Origin: Macrostomum lignano | Taxonomy: Eukaryota | Assembly: GCA_002269645.1 (NCBI GenBank) | Contig: NIVC01000866.1 | Location: 200,441 to 264,440, forward strand | DNA: 64,000 nt | Direction of reading: 5' to 3' | Shown: piece after piece, positions 1-13,300 of the stretch | How the letters are laid out: each line of letters begins with the position of its first letter | Numbering within the stretch: position 1 is the first letter of the stretch | Made by a program: the position numbers and the translations under genes | Notes under the pieces: model-generated | The model's input: the letters and a program-made list of their open reading frames with translations, nothing else | Databases searched by the model: none | What the model was told of the DNA's origin: nothing

Positions 1-189
1 TCTTCATCAAATATTAAGCGGGTGGCGGTGAGTCACGGCCACGCATTATGTGGGAAATATTCTAATTAAAAAATACGCTTCCAGAATACGAAATTCCCAG
101 ATATCTGAGCGAAAACTGAGGCGATTCTCAGGGTAGGATTTAAGACGATTTACCTTAGAGGTTGCATTGTAAAGCATATCTCATGGTAG

Positions 190-1315
190 ATCAAAAGTTG
201 ATTCTCAGGATGGATCTAAGGGCGATTCTCAGGATGGATCTAAGGGCGATTCTCATGATGGATCTAAGGGCGATTCTCAGAATGGATCTAAGGGTGATTC
301 TCAGGATGGATCTAAGGGCGATTCTCAGGGTGGATCTAAGGGTGATTCTCAGGGTGGATCTAAGGGTGATTCTCAGGATGGATCTAAGGGCGATTCTTAT
401 GGTGGATCTAAGGGTGATTCTCAGAATGGATCTAAGGGTGATTCTCAGGATGGATCTAAGGGTGATTCTCAGGATGGATCTAAGGGCGATTCTCAGGATG
501 GATCTAAGGGTGATTCTCAGGATGGATCTAAGGGCGATTCTTATGGTGGATCTAAGGGCGATTCTCAGGATGGATCTAAGGGCGATTCTCAGGATGGATC
601 TAAGGGTGATTCTCAGAATGGATCTAAGGGCGATTCTCAGGATGGATCTAAAGGTGATTCTCAGGATGGATCTAAGGGCGATTCTCAGGATGGATCTAAG
701 GGCGATTCTCAGGATGGATCTAAGGGTGATTCTCATGATGGATCTAAGGGCGATTCTCAGGATGGATCTAGGGGTGATTCTCAGGGTGGATCTAAGGGTG
801 ATTCTCAGGATGGATCTAAGGGCGATTCTTATGGTGGATCTAAGGGCGATTCTCAGGATGGATCTAAGGGTGATTCTCAGGATGGATCTAAGGGTGATTC
901 TCAGGATGGATCTAAGGGTGATTCTCAGGATGGATCTAAGGGCGATTCTCAGGATGGATCTAAGGGCGATTCTTGGGGTCTGGGGTGGATCTAAGGACGA
1001 TTCTCAGGATGGATCTAAGGGCGATTCTCATGATGGATCTAAGGGCGATTCTCAGAATGGATCAAAGGACGATTCTTGGGGTGGATCTAAGGGCGATTCT
1101 CAGGGTGGAGCAGGGCGATTCTTGGGGTGGATCTAAGGGCGATTCTCAGGGTGGAGCAGGGCGATTCTTGGCGTGGAGCAGGGCGATTCTTGGGGTGGAT
1201 CTAAGGGCGATTCTCAGGGTGGAGCAGGGCGATTCTTGGGGTGGATCTAAGGACGATTCTTATAGTAGATCTAAGGCCGATTATCATAATAGATTGAAGG
1301 GCGATTCTCAGGATG
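190..1315. repeat. 24-bp minisatellite (AGGATGGATCTAAGGGCGATTCTC)n in a Sin3 intron
   Basis: Direct reading. Confidence 0.95.
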
Positions 1316-1441
1316 GATTTGTGGGGGATCCCCAGTTGTTAATCTGAGTGTCTTAAGACTTCAGGGTTCAGCGCAAAGGAAAGGACTGAAAGCAATCTGT
1401 GCACTGCGAATGCAATTTAAAAACAAAAGCTACAAGCGCAC

Positions 1442-1722
1442 CTCTGTATGGCCTTGCGCAGCAGCACACCGGAGCTGGAACCTAAGTCGTCGCCCAGCCG
1501 ATAATGAGCCTGCTCTTCCTGGCTGGGCAGCCTGTGCAACTGTTTAAGCACAGCCTCCAGAGCTCTGATTGCTGAGCAGTTCACTTCTAGCACCATGTCT
1601 AATTCGTAGCGCTCGTCCTCGACTCGGTAGCAGGCCTCTTCGAATTGATTCTTACGGGAGCTCACGTACTGCGTGTCCTCGCTTGACCAGCTGGGGAAGC
1701 TCACTAAACTGTCGTTTAGCAC
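1442..1722 (-). CDS. Sin3: Sin3 exon: HDAC-interaction domain; the gene continues beyond the left edge of the window
   Basis: [46 protein letters not shown] matches the Sin3 HID; acceptor tag, donor GTGCGC. Confidence 0.95.
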
Positions 1723-1789
1723 CTATGAGCAGTTTTGGGGGAGATAACTGCACTGTAGATTTATGGCTAGCGATGGGTGTATGATGAGA

Positions 1790-2550
1790 TGGGTGCAGTG
1801 AGATGAGTGCAGGGAGATGATGCAGGGAGATATAGGCAGGGAGGTGATGCAGGGAGATGATGCAGGGAGATATAGGCAGGGAGGTGATGCAGGGAGATGA
1901 TGCAGGGAGATGATGCAGGGAGATATAGGCAGGGAGATGATGCAGGGAGATAATGCAGAGAGATATAGGCAGGGAGATGATGCAGGGAGATATAGGCAGG
2001 GAGATGATGCAGGGAGATATAGGCAGGGAGATGATGCAGGGAGATATAGGCAGGGAGATAATGCAGAGAGATATAGGCAGGGAGATGATGCAGGGAGATA
2101 TAGGCAGGGAGATTATGCAGGGAGATAATGCAGGGACAAGGGTGCAGGGAGATGGGTGCAGGGAGATGGGTGCAGGGAGATGGGTGCAGGGAGATGGGTG
2201 CAGGGAGATGGGTGCAGGGAGATGGGTGCAGGGAGATGGGTGCAGGGAGATGGGTGCAGGGAGATATAGGCAGGGAGATGATGCAGGGAGATATAGGCAG
2301 GGAGATGGGTGCAGGGAGATGGGTGCAGGGAGATGGGTGCAGGGAGATGGGTGCAGGGAGATGGGTGCAGGGAGATGGGTGCAGGGAGATGGGTGCAGGG
2401 AGATATAGGAAGGGAGATGATGCAGGGAGATATAGGCAGGGAGATGGGTGCAGGGAGATGGGTGCAGGGAGATGGGTGCAGGGAGATGGGTGCAGGGAGA
2501 TGGGTGCAGGGAGATGGGTGCAGGGAGACGGGTGTAGGGAGACGGGTGCA
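1790..2550. repeat. 13-14-bp GCAGGGAGAT-based minisatellite in a Sin3 intron
   Basis: Units GCAGGGAGATGAT / GCAGGGAGATATAG / GCAGGGAGATGGGT. Confidence 0.95.
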
Positions 2551-2586
2551 GTCATACAGGTCAACAAGAGCACCAGAAAAGCGTAC

Positions 2587-3347
2587 CTCCTGGCACACGG
2601 GCAGTTTCTCCCGGCCACTGCACCTAGGCGGAGCGTAGCCCGCGGGCAGCATCCGGTACGAGTTGCCACACCTTTTCAAAGTGTTGAAGTCAATATCCAA
2701 ATGGTGCCTGCCGGGCTCCCGGTCCACGTCCGACGCGACCGACGCCGCCGCAGCTGCCGAAGCCGATGAAGCGACAATGCCGACGCCTCGATCTTCAATA
2801 ACGATGCCGGCAGGCCCGACCGTGGTAGACGAGGCCGCAGTCAAGCTAGACCCGGTGGCAGCGGCCGGCGTCAAGCGGTTGCCGGAAGACTCGGAGTGCA
2901 GGGCGTCCTTCAGAGCCCGGTAGAGCTGCGGGTGAGGCCTGAGCGGCCCGGCGGCCCGCGCCAGCAGGTCGGCCTTGCCGATCCGGCCGTTGTTGTACAG
3001 GTGCACGCAGTGCATGAACCCCGCGTACACGTCCGCGTCCGGCATCGCCGCTTGCAGCCGATCGAAGAGGCCGGTCTCTCTAACTGGATTTGTCTCCACC
3101 GCTCGCTGCTGCTGATGAGGCTGCACGTGATGCTGGGCACTTGCAACGCGCGCCTTTTTAGCGGAGGTCGGCGCCGATGCGGCCAAATTTTCGGCGCCGC
3201 CGCTTCCAGCCGACATGGAGGCTTCGGCGGCGGTTAGCGAGGCGGCAGCGGCGGTCAGGGAGGTCGGCCTGGCGCGCTTCACGCCGGCGGCGGCGCCAAC
3301 AGCAGACGGATGCGTGCCGCTCTGGGGAGAGCCGCTGCTGGCCTTGC
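2587..3347 (-). CDS. Sin3: Sin3 exon: PAH3 and start of the HDAC-interaction domain
   Basis: ETGLFDRLQAAM...HPQLYRALKDAL (divergent PAH3), IDFNTLKRCGNSYRMLP...PRCSGR...CQE (HID start); acceptor ccgcag phase 1, donor GTACGC phase 0. Confidence 0.9.
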
Positions 3348-3462
3348 CTGCGGAATTTCCACCGAGAATTCGATTGTTTACCTTGACAACCATTAGATTA
3401 TCTACCAGATCAAGTTGGTTTTAATTGAAAATCTAGGGGTTACAGTTTATGTTAGATTGCTT

Positions 3463-4745
3463 AGGTTGGGTTTGAGTTGGGGTTTATGTTTGAGTTGGGG
3501 TTTATGTTTGAGTTGGGGTTTATGTTAGGGTTGGGGTTTATATTTGGTTTGGGGTTTATGTGTGGGTTGGGGTTTACGTTGGGTTTGGGGTTTATGTTGG
3601 GTTTGGGGTTTATGCTAGGTTTGGGGTTTATGTTGGGTTTGGGGTTTATGTGTGGGTTGGGGTTTATGTTGGGTTTGGGGTTTATGCTAGGTTTGGGGTT
3701 TATGTTGGGTTTGGGGTTTATGCTAGGTTTGGGGTTTATGTTTTGAGTTGGGGTATATGTTTGAGTTGGGGTTTATGTTTGGTTTGGGGTTTATGTTTGA
3801 GTTGGGGTTTATGTTTGAGTTGGGGTTTATGTTGGGTTTGGGGTTTATGTTTGAGTTGGGGTTTTTGTTTGAGTTGGGGTTTATGTGTGGGTTGGGGTTT
3901 ATGTTTGGATTGGGGTTTATGTTTGAGTTGGGGTTTATGTTGGGTTTGGGGTTTATGTTGGGTTTGGGGTTTATGTGTGAGTTGGGGTTTATGTTTGGTT
4001 TGGGGTTTATGTGTGGGTTGGGGTTTATGTTTGAGTTGGTTTATGTTTGGTTTCGGGTTTATGTTGGGTTTGGGGTTTATGTTAGGTTTGGGGTTTATGT
4101 GTGGGTTGGGGTTTATGTTGGGTTTGGGGTTTATGCTAGGTTTGGGGTTTATGTTTGAGTTGGGGTTTTTGTTTGAGTTGGGGTTTATGTTTGGTTTGGG
4201 GTTTATGTGTGAGTTGGGGTTTATGTTTGGTTTGGTGTTTATATTTGGTTTGGGGTTTATGTGTGGGTTGGGGTTTATGTTTGAGTTGGGGTTTATGTTG
4301 GGTTTGGGGTTTATGTTGGGTTTGGGGTTTATGTGTGAGTTGGGGTTTATGTTTGGTTTGGGGTTTATGTGTGGGTTGGGGTTTATGTTTGAGTTGGTTT
4401 ATGTTTGGTTTCGGGTTTATGTTGGGTTTGGGGTTTATGTTAGGTTTGGGGTTTATGTGTGGGTTGGGGTTTATGTTGGGTTTGGGGTTTATGCTAGGTT
4501 TGGGGTTTATGTTTGAGTTGGGGTTTATGTTGGGTTTGGGGTTTATGTTTGGTTTGGGGTTTATGTTTGAGTTGGGGTTTTTGTTTGAGTTGGGGTTTAT
4601 GTGTGGGTTGGGGTTTATGTTTGGATTGGGGTTTATGTTTGAGTTGGGGTTTATGTTTGGATTGGGGTTTATGTTTGAGTTGGGGTTTATGTTTGAGTTG
4701 GGGTTTATGTTTGGTTTGGGGTTTATGTTAGGTTTGGGGTTTATC
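3463..4745. repeat. 18-bp GT-rich minisatellite (GAGTTGGGGTTTATGTTT)n in a Sin3 intron
   Basis: Direct reading. Confidence 0.95.
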
Positions 4746-4820
4746 TGTGGGGTGGGGTGTATAGGGCTGGAATTTGCGCCAGCCTATTTTCGTAGACCCA
4801 TGGCAACTCGATAGACCCAC

Positions 4821-5376
4821 CGTGCTCCCGTAACTGTTGCGTCACCGGGGCTATAGAATACTGCGGCAGAAATTGTGAGAACTCCTCTAGAAGGTCAGGT
4901 TGGCCAGCGAACAACCGTTCCACCTCGCCTAGCACCTGCTCTTCGTTGCTATGCGCCTCTCCCGCCCGCTGCTCCTTCTGGTACTTGTGCAGAATGTCCA
5001 GAAACTGCTTGTAGACAGGCGACCTGCCGGCGAACCGAGATTTAATTTTGTTCACGTAGGAAATCGCGTGATTGAACTCCTCGTATTGATCGCCTCCGGC
5101 TCCGCTGCCGCCAGCAGCCGCCGCGGAGGACTGCAGGATGTTGGCAGCTGCGGCAGGACCCGGCAGCTGCTGACTTTGAGCCGAGGTGACTGGGCCGGTG
5201 CCGCCGCTGCCGCCAGGTCCAACCAGGGTCACCGGTGGCCTGTTCGGCTGCAACAGGGATATTGTCTGATTGTCCGAGCTGGCCTTCATCTTGTAGCCGC
5301 TGGGCAGGAAAGTATTGAAGCCCAGTATGAGGTCCGAGTGGCCTTGGAAGAAATTTTTTACCCGGTTGATGACCTC
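4821..5376 (-). CDS. Sin3: Sin3 exon: end of PAH1 and all of PAH2
   Basis: EVINRVKNFFQGHSDLILGFNTFLPSGYKM (PAH1 end) and EEFNHAISYVNKIKSRF...YKQFLDILHKYQKEQ...LFAGQPDLLEEFSQFLP (PAH2); acceptor tttcag, donor GTGGGT in phase 1. Confidence 0.93.
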
Positions 5377-5459
5377 CTGAAATTTGAGTTGAAATTGAAA
5401 TTTACTTCAACCTGAATGCTTGAAAATGTAAAAAAACTTCAGGAAAGGATAAGTTGTAG

Positions 5460-5975
5460 ATTAACGGAAGTAGATGGCACGTAACGGGGTAGATGGTAGA
5501 TTGGAGGGTAGATGATTGATTTTAAGGGTAGATTGTAGATTCGAGGGTAGATAGCACATTGGAGGGTAGTTGGTAGATTTGAGGTTAGATGGTAGATTAG
5601 AGGGTAATTGGTAGATTTGAGGTTAGATGGTAGATTAGAGGGTAGATGGTAGAATACAGGGTAGATTTGAGGGTAGATGGTAGATTCGAAGGCAGACGGT
5701 AGATTGTATGGGTAGATAGTAGATTAGAGGATATATAGTAGATCGGATGGTAGTTGGTAGATTGTAGGGGTAGATAATAGATTACAGGGTAGAAGGTAGA
5801 TTCTAGATTAGTGGGTATATAGTAGATTGGAGAGTAGATAGATTGGAGAGTGGATAGTAGATTAGAGGGTAGATAGTCGATTAGAGGTTAGATAGTATAT
5901 TGGAGGGTAGACAGTAGATTGTAGGAGTAGATGGTAGATTAGAGGGTAGATGGTTTATTGTAAGGGTAGATAGCA
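5460..5975. repeat. Degenerate GGTAGAT-rich repeat in a Sin3 intron
   Basis: Recurring AGGGTAGATGGTAGATT. Confidence 0.85.
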
Positions 5976-6087
5976 GATGACATGAGTAGATACTATAACA
6001 AATGACTGCAGGAAATTAAATGGTGGGTCACTAAAAATAAGTAGTAGAATGAGCTGGGCGATATAAAATTCAGTGGGTTAAGCTCAC

Positions 6088-6294
6088 CTGAGTGTCAATA
6101 GAAGCGGCTTTAAAATCGCGCATAGTGTCCAAGAAGTTATTATAAACGGCCGGGTGCTCGCTGAATCGCAGTTTCACCTGATCTAAATAGGACAGCGCGT
6201 CCTCCACCTTTAGGCTCTGCGAAGCGGCGCTGTTGGACTCGGCCGCAGCCGCCGCTGCCGCGGCCGCTGCTGCTGCTGAGACGCCGCTGCCCAA
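6088..6294 (-). CDS. Sin3: Sin3 exon encoding the PAH1 N-terminal half
   Basis: [42 protein letters not shown] matches the Sin3 PAH1 consensus; acceptor ttccag, donor GTGAGC, 207 nt, phase 0/0. Confidence 0.95.
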
Positions 6295-6597
6295 CTGGAA
6301 TGAAATAAATTATGTGCAAAATGTCTAATTCAGCTACTGTAAGTAGCAATATAAAAATATGCAGTTAAAAAATTCGTAGGAGCTATAAGAAAAAGCACGG
6401 TGTAAAGTTTAAATTAGAAAAAAACTAATTTCATTCTCGCAGCTGCTAACAGACTGGTAAACTTTCTAAATCATCTACAACAATGCACGTCATCGGGTTA
6501 GCAGGTAGAAAGGCCAAGGACTACTCAAGAAGAAGGATAGGAAACTAGGTTTCTTGGAAAAATGTTCTGTAGTCCCTGAGAAAGGTGTTTACAGCAC

Positions 6598-7488
6598 CTG
6601 GACGGGCGAAGCGGCCGTGACGGAGACTCCAACAGACACGACCGGGGGAGCAGCCGAAGATCCCACGGTAATTGGGACGATAGGCTTTTGCTGCTGCTGC
6701 TGGGCTTGCTGATGCTGGGCTTGCTGATGCTGATGAGGCGCAGGCGGAGGCTGGGCCAGGGTCGGGGCAAGCAGGTGGCTGGCCTGCTGTTGGTGCAGGA
6801 ACACGTGCTGCGGCTGCTGGGGTTGATGGTGCTGCTGATGATGCGATACGGGCGGCTGAGATTGAGGCGGCGGTGGCAGCGGCTGCTCAGGCGGAGGGAA
6901 CGGAGCCAGCTGAACAATGGCGGCACTCGCTGGATGATGATGATGATGCTGGGGATGCTGATGAGGCGCTAAGCCGGTGACGGACGCGGCAGATACGGAA
7001 TTCGGAGCCGCAGCCGATGTCGGCTGCTGCGGCGGCAGCTGCTGGGCCTGCGAGATGGTGGCCTGCTGGAAGGCGCAGGCGGGGTAGACGGCGAACGGCC
7101 CGGTTGGCGGCCGGCTGGCGGCGGCTGCGGCGGCGGCGGCGGCGACTTGAAGCAGTGCTGTCGAGCCCGGCGGTGCCGGCTGAGCAACTCCAGCCGGAGC
7201 AATGATGTGGGGCTGCTGCTGGTGATGCTGAACAGCTGCCGAGGTGACTGAGCTAGAGCTCACAGCGATGCCAGATGCTGGAGCTACGGGCTGAGTGGCC
7301 AGGCCACTCTGCTGCTGCTGCTGCTGCTGAGGAGTCGGGATAGCGGCAGCGGCTGAGGAGGGCTGATGATGCTGCTGGTGGTGATGATGAGCAGGCAGGT
7401 TGACGCTGATGATGTTGGCACTGCCTGGATGGTTGGCGATGCCACCGACGGTAACCGCCGGATGTGCAGCGGGCAGACGGTCGGTCAT
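6598..7488 (-). CDS. Sin3: Sin3 first visible coding exon: low-complexity His/Gln/Ala/Pro N-terminus (MTDRLP...SPVQ)
   Basis: ATG at 7488 just after a CAG acceptor (7500-7498); donor CAG|GTGCTG at 6598/6597; phase 0 joins the PAH1 exon. The true start codon is not certain. Confidence 0.7.
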
Positions 7489-10400
7489 TCGGTTTAGCTG
7501 TTGCAAGTTCAAGTTAAAATTGTGTTGTTGAGACTGTCAGCTTTGTTTAAACAGCACTGTCTGCAAATAGAGCCAATAATTTAATTAAGTACCGAATTTG
7601 TTAATGGACATTGAAGTAAAGCATTGAGATTGGGTTGGTGATTTACTGTATATACTATATATATCTTGAATTGTAGTCCCACTTCTAAATCTTATATATA
7701 CGAGTATATGCTAAAAATGGTTTGCACAAAGAATCTAACGTATGGAACAATCTGCCAGAAAATTGCACTACACAGCCTGTGTATGGCATAGCTATTAGTG
7801 TACAAATGACCAAAAATATTGTAATGCAAGAAAGGGTCCTGTAGACCTTTATGGTCACAAAGCAAAAAAAGTCTTTTATTGTTGCAACACAAAAAAGTTC
7901 TTTATTGTTTCAATGCCTTTTTAATAATGTCTGGCATATTTATATTACAGGTAAGTTTGTTTTTTAGTATAAACTTGAATTTATAGTATAGAAGGTCATT
8001 AACACTTTCTTGTGTACTTATGTAACAGATTTGAGAGTATAGAATTGTAGGCCTGAAAATTTTCATTTCAGATAAAATGACCAAGTTAGCAAACAAAATG
8101 ACTCTCTATGAATATTAATACAAAAAGTTGGCAAAAAAATGAAAGAGATAACATCAATAAATAATCACTATCAACCATAATATAATATAGATTAAAGAGA
8201 ATTATAATTGGTGTTTTATCATTCTTAGATATTTATTTCTCATTATTTATAGGTTTGTAAATTATAAATTTTCATGTCAGAGACTAGGCTTAAGACTAAG
8301 AGTACTTATTCCTATACATACAATAGCATTTTCTTGTATAATCAAATTATTTTAATATTTTTTGCATTCTATGCAAGTTCTCTTACCATTTTTCTTTCTA
8401 CTATAATCTAAAACTGCTTACTTTTATTTAATCTAGACTCCATAGTTGGGATCATGCTAGATGCAGGCCTAAACAAAAATTGAAGAGTTACAAATATATG
8501 CAAAAAATCAGTATATACCTCGACTCTCAAATCTAGGCCAGTTTTGACCTGTTTCAACTGATAATTTAGTTGATTATTTATCTTCTTTGTCTTTACTATT
8601 TTTAAAGCAGAAAATCAATATGCACAAATTTTATCAATGCATTATTGATATAATGAGCTTAAAAGCAAGAAAATTTAAAATTTGTACTAATACATAAACA
8701 TTTTTTTATCTTTCTTTTATTTAATACCCATACTCAGGAAGGTGTCACATGTGCATGGGAATATATTTCAGCATATTTTTGGAATGTGCGCTGTGTGCAA
8801 AGCTAAATATGAATTTGTGTGCCAAGGCCTACATTTGTTTATTGACAAATACATAGCTAGAGTACTAATGTGCCATAGCAATAAAAAACCTGGTAAAAGT
8901 CTGATTAAAACAAAAGTAAAAAAACAGATAAATTTTCATACCTTTTGTAGGCTTCTTTCAACTCAAAACTTTGTGCTTTATTTTAGCTCACGTAGAAAAT
9001 TGCCAAAAGAGTTAGATTAAACTTTATGGTAAAATCCCATTTTGAATTTTATTATTTGTTTCACTTACCAAAAAAACAATTTTTTAATTTATATGCTTAG
9101 AAAAAATGGAATCTAAAAGCTTATTTTATGCACTGCATATGCAGATTATACATTTAGGTGACTCATTGTAAGTTAAGCTAAATCAGCTTTTGCTATATGC
9201 CACTATTCACTTAAAATTTCTACTAAGCCATTGTTGTGCACTGTGTGTGCCACTTCGCACACCTTTTTTGTTGATATGCGCCAGAATTTTCTGCCATAAT
9301 GTACACCTTCCTGAGTGTGGCTTAATACTAACTTTTCCACTTGATTCTATAAAGTGCATGCCATGTATACATATATACTACTTTCTTAAAAGTCATGCAG
9401 TCCAACTGTGAATGCCTAAATTTAGGTATGCAAAGGCCAATGTATGCCTAAATTTTTAGGCATATTTTATATGATCTCTATACACTATAGTCAGGAAGAT
9501 GGCCTTTTTGCATGGAAAATTTGGATACAAAAAGGGGTTAGATGTGTGCTGCGCCAGTGCATTCTGGTGCAACAGCAAGCAAGGCCAAAGGAGAAAAATC
9601 TAACATAGTATGGCGAAAGAAAAAAATTGCTACAATTTGGTATAAGACAAAAATTCCAACAAGACAATATTTTCTTTGATAGAAAATTAGCATGTAACTT
9701 CTTTTTATTAGCACTAGATATAGCAATAGATAATAGCAATAGATTTTTTTATTAGAAGCAGGGGGGTTGTGTGCAGCCTGGCGCACTTTAAGTGACATAG
9801 GCATACAACCCGCAAGAAGCATTACTGCCCATTCCACCAACTCCCCTGAGCAGGCACACAAGCGCGCAGATACGTACGCAGGCACACACACACAGGAGTG
9901 TATAGCGGCCCTAACTTTATATTATTGTTAGGCATGTACACTTCACTGCGCCTTGGGGGGTTGGCTCTCAAGGCCATTAATTGCACAAGCAGAGCCAAGC
10001 TGAGATTCCAATTCAGCCCCAAACTAATGTGTCTGCACTTGGAATCAAGCCTGGGTCGCTGGCACACCAGAGCAGCTGCGCTACCGCTGGGCTATGGCCC
10101 CCTAATAGCAATAGATACATTAACATTGCATTTTCTATGAAACAGATTCAAAACAAGTTTTATTGACTAGTATTTTTCAAAAAGAAAATTATTGATTTTT
10201 GCATTTTTTTTAAAACTAAAAGTTGCAATATACAATGGGAGCATAATTTTTTAATAGGAATAGTTCTAGCGCACAGCACAATCAAACTTTTTTGATAGGA
10301 TTCTTTCTGGCATAGGTTTGCCATGTCAGCCATGATGATGATCCTAACTATGAGTCTATGACATGAACTGAAATGTGGTCTAGGCTCAATGTGTCTAAAG

Positions 10401-12499
10401 ATGTCTTTCAAGGCACCTCACGGGCCACGGCCTTAGCTTAGCATTTGTCATGTCAACAAGAAAGAAATATGTTCTGCCAAATTAGACACTCAACTTAAAA
10501 AATTAACAATAACATAGCATAGGCTACACTTCTATCCTACATTACAATCGGTTACATACACTCAAAAAGAGCAATGACAATGCAATCCATGAAAACTTAT
10601 GTCTAACGCCTAGTCTAGTTAACATTTGAACGCGGAATACACATTAGAGTCAATTTTGAGGCCTATCAACAGAAGTTGGAGAACCATCATTTACACTAAA
10701 CCAGATACTGAGATAGGACAGTTAAAACATGAACCATAAAATTGTCTATTGATTAATTGAAATAATTTTGGTAAAAAAGATCTAAATAGCGAAGAATAAT
10801 ATTACCGCATTTGGCAATCTCTTGCGGAATATTTAATCGGATGTCAATGGTTGTAAGTCGATATTTTTCGTAAAGGTGAGACGGATAACAGTCGTAATAG
10901 AGGCCGAATAAATAAAATACCCCAAAATTTTTTTTCTATATTTTAAATTTTCTTGTACAATATTGTTTCTATACTGTATTTTTATAAATCCACACTAAAT
11001 ATCTGTTTTTATACCAAAATACATAAAATAATGTTTTATGAACAGGTAAATATATTCTCCTATAAAAACTTTTGCTATACTTTTTCTTTACAAATATAAT
11101 AAATCCGTAAATACTCCAGTTTCTTGATTGCTTTTGGGCCAGACTTTCCTAATTATCTTATTAATCTTAAAAAATGGATTGACGGTTTATAATTTTACGT
11201 CTAGATTTGAATATACAGGAACAAGGACCACTGTATGCATACGAATACAGCTATTATACAGTGGTCTTATTAGTATTACAGGAATTCAATAGACAGACTA
11301 AGGAGTAGGATTGTTGGTTTAAGGATTTGGATCTAATATAACCTGTGGATTTGAATCCCAACCTGCATTTACAGGATTTATACTATGTATGTAAGTGCCA
11401 GTAGATCGGCAGTTTAAGGGATTGAATTGGCCAGGTTTAATGATTTGAATTCGGCTTAAGCAAGGGCGCAGCTTCGCCAGTTATGATAGGGCCCGCCAAA
11501 TCTTGTGACCCGTAATGGAAATAAAGAACGCTGTTTCAGGGCGCCAAAATAATGAGTTTCTGCGACGCCAATCTCAGTACTTAGAACGCCGATTTCCAAA
11601 ATAATATAGGAATTTTCGTTTCGGATTCGCGGTTTTGTCCTCCCAACCATTAAAATCCATGGTGACACCGCTGCATCAAATAGAAATCAAATATACCTTC
11701 TTGTAGCACGAACGCAAAGTACGCTAATTAGTTGGCTGGGGATCAAAAGGATGTACACTTACTTCATCTCCAAGTCTCAGCAGGACCGTAGGTAAAAACT
11801 GACAGACTCCATCGGCATCAATTGATGAATGAGCCTTTTGTCTTGCCGACAGAAATTGAAAAGGAATTCCTGCGAGGATCACGATCATTATTCATGTGAT
11901 CTCTGCCAGGCCGCGGCCGCTATCAAGTATAGAAGACGTTTGTTCATGGTGTAATTTTCTGCAGAGCGGCTCGATTGATTTATGATGGCCTGTCGCTGGG
12001 GCACCGCCGTTCGGGATGGTGGGAGGGGGGTCAATAGTTGTAGCAATTCTGACCAGCGCGAATAGTTTTGGCGCCGGACTCGTAAATCAAGCGGTGGGGA
12101 GTTGAGCGCGCGGGGTCCAGAGGGGATGGGGTCAGCTCTCCATCTCCCTGGCGGCCGGAACCGAATGCCAAAAACAGAAAATGGCGCTTCGTGCAACCAG
12201 CAACAATTTGCGCCGATCGTCACGTGTTGCGCATAATGCATGGCATTACTTCTTCTGCTTCTGCGCGTTGTGTCTTGACCTCTTGTATAGGCATCATCAT
12301 CATGTGGCGTTTGTGGGCCGACTTTCTAAATTTAGGTCTCGAACCACTTCTGCTTGCTTGTAAGTGCAAATTTAGTTACATAGGGCAATTCTTTTTTGCA
12401 CGTGACGCTGTGGGGATGCACTCCAAGAGGCTGCCTACTTTGTGAGTGAGGTTGAGAGTTGGAGGGGTTTCCTCTCTGGCGTTCAGAGGCGATTTGCTC

Positions 12500-13300
12500 A
12501 TTTCTACTCTCCACTTTCTCCACTCCCTCCTCTCTCTCTCCTCTTTCCCCTCTCTCCCCTCCTTCCCCTCTCCTCTCTCTCCCCTCCTTCCCCTCTCCTC
12601 TCTCTCCCCTCTTTCCCCTCTCCTCTCTCTCCCCTCTTTCCCCTCTCCTCTCTCTCCCCTCTCCTCTCTTTCCCATCTCTCTCTTCTTTCCCCCCTCTCC
12701 TCTCTCTCCCCTCCTTCCCCTCTCTCCCCTCCTTCCCCTCTCCTCTCTTCCCCTCTATCCCCTCTCTCCCCTCCTTCCCCTCTCTCCCCTCCTTCCCCTC
12801 TCCTCTCTCTCCCCTCCTTCCCCTCTCCTCTCTCTCCCCTCTTTCCCCTCTCCTCTCTCTCCCCTCTTTCCCCTCTCCTCTCTCTCCCCTCTCCTCTCTT
12901 TCCCATCTCTCTCTTCTTTCCCCCCTCTCCTCTCTCTCCCCTCTTTCCCCTCTCCTCTCTCTCCCCTCTCCTCTCTTTCCCATCTCTCTCTTCTTCCCCC
13001 CCTCTCCTCTCTTTCCCCTCTCCCCTCTCTCCCCTCCTTCCCCTCTCCTCTCTTTCCCCTCTCTCCCCTCCTTCCCTTCTCTCCCCTCCTTCCCCTCTCT
13101 CCACTCCTTCCCTTCTCTCCCCTCCTTCCCCTCTCTCCACTCCTTCCCTTCTCTCCCCTCCTTCCCCTCTCTCCACTCCTTCCTTTCTCTCCCCTCCTTC
13201 CCCTCTCTCCACTCCTTCCCCTCTCTTCTATATCCCCTCTCTCCTCTCTCTCCCTCTCTCCTTTCCTCTCTCTTAGGCCTCTCTCACATCACTTCTACTC
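12500..13300. repeat. Polypyrimidine (CT-rich) low-complexity tract
   Basis: Almost exclusively C/T on the plus strand. Confidence 0.95.

Noticed and set aside
162-1347. Long ORFs such as (ILRMDLRA)n and (GSKGDSQD)n
   Set aside because: Translations of a 24-bp intronic minisatellite, antisense to Sin3, with no non-repetitive domain
3463-4745. Interstitial telomere
   Set aside because: The unit is an 18-bp GT-rich repeat containing TTGGGG, not tandem TTAGGG
8700-9330. Weak inverted similarity (ACTCAGGAAGGTGT near 8730 versus its complement near 9305)
   Set aside because: Only ~25 bp align convincingly, with no definable termini or TSD
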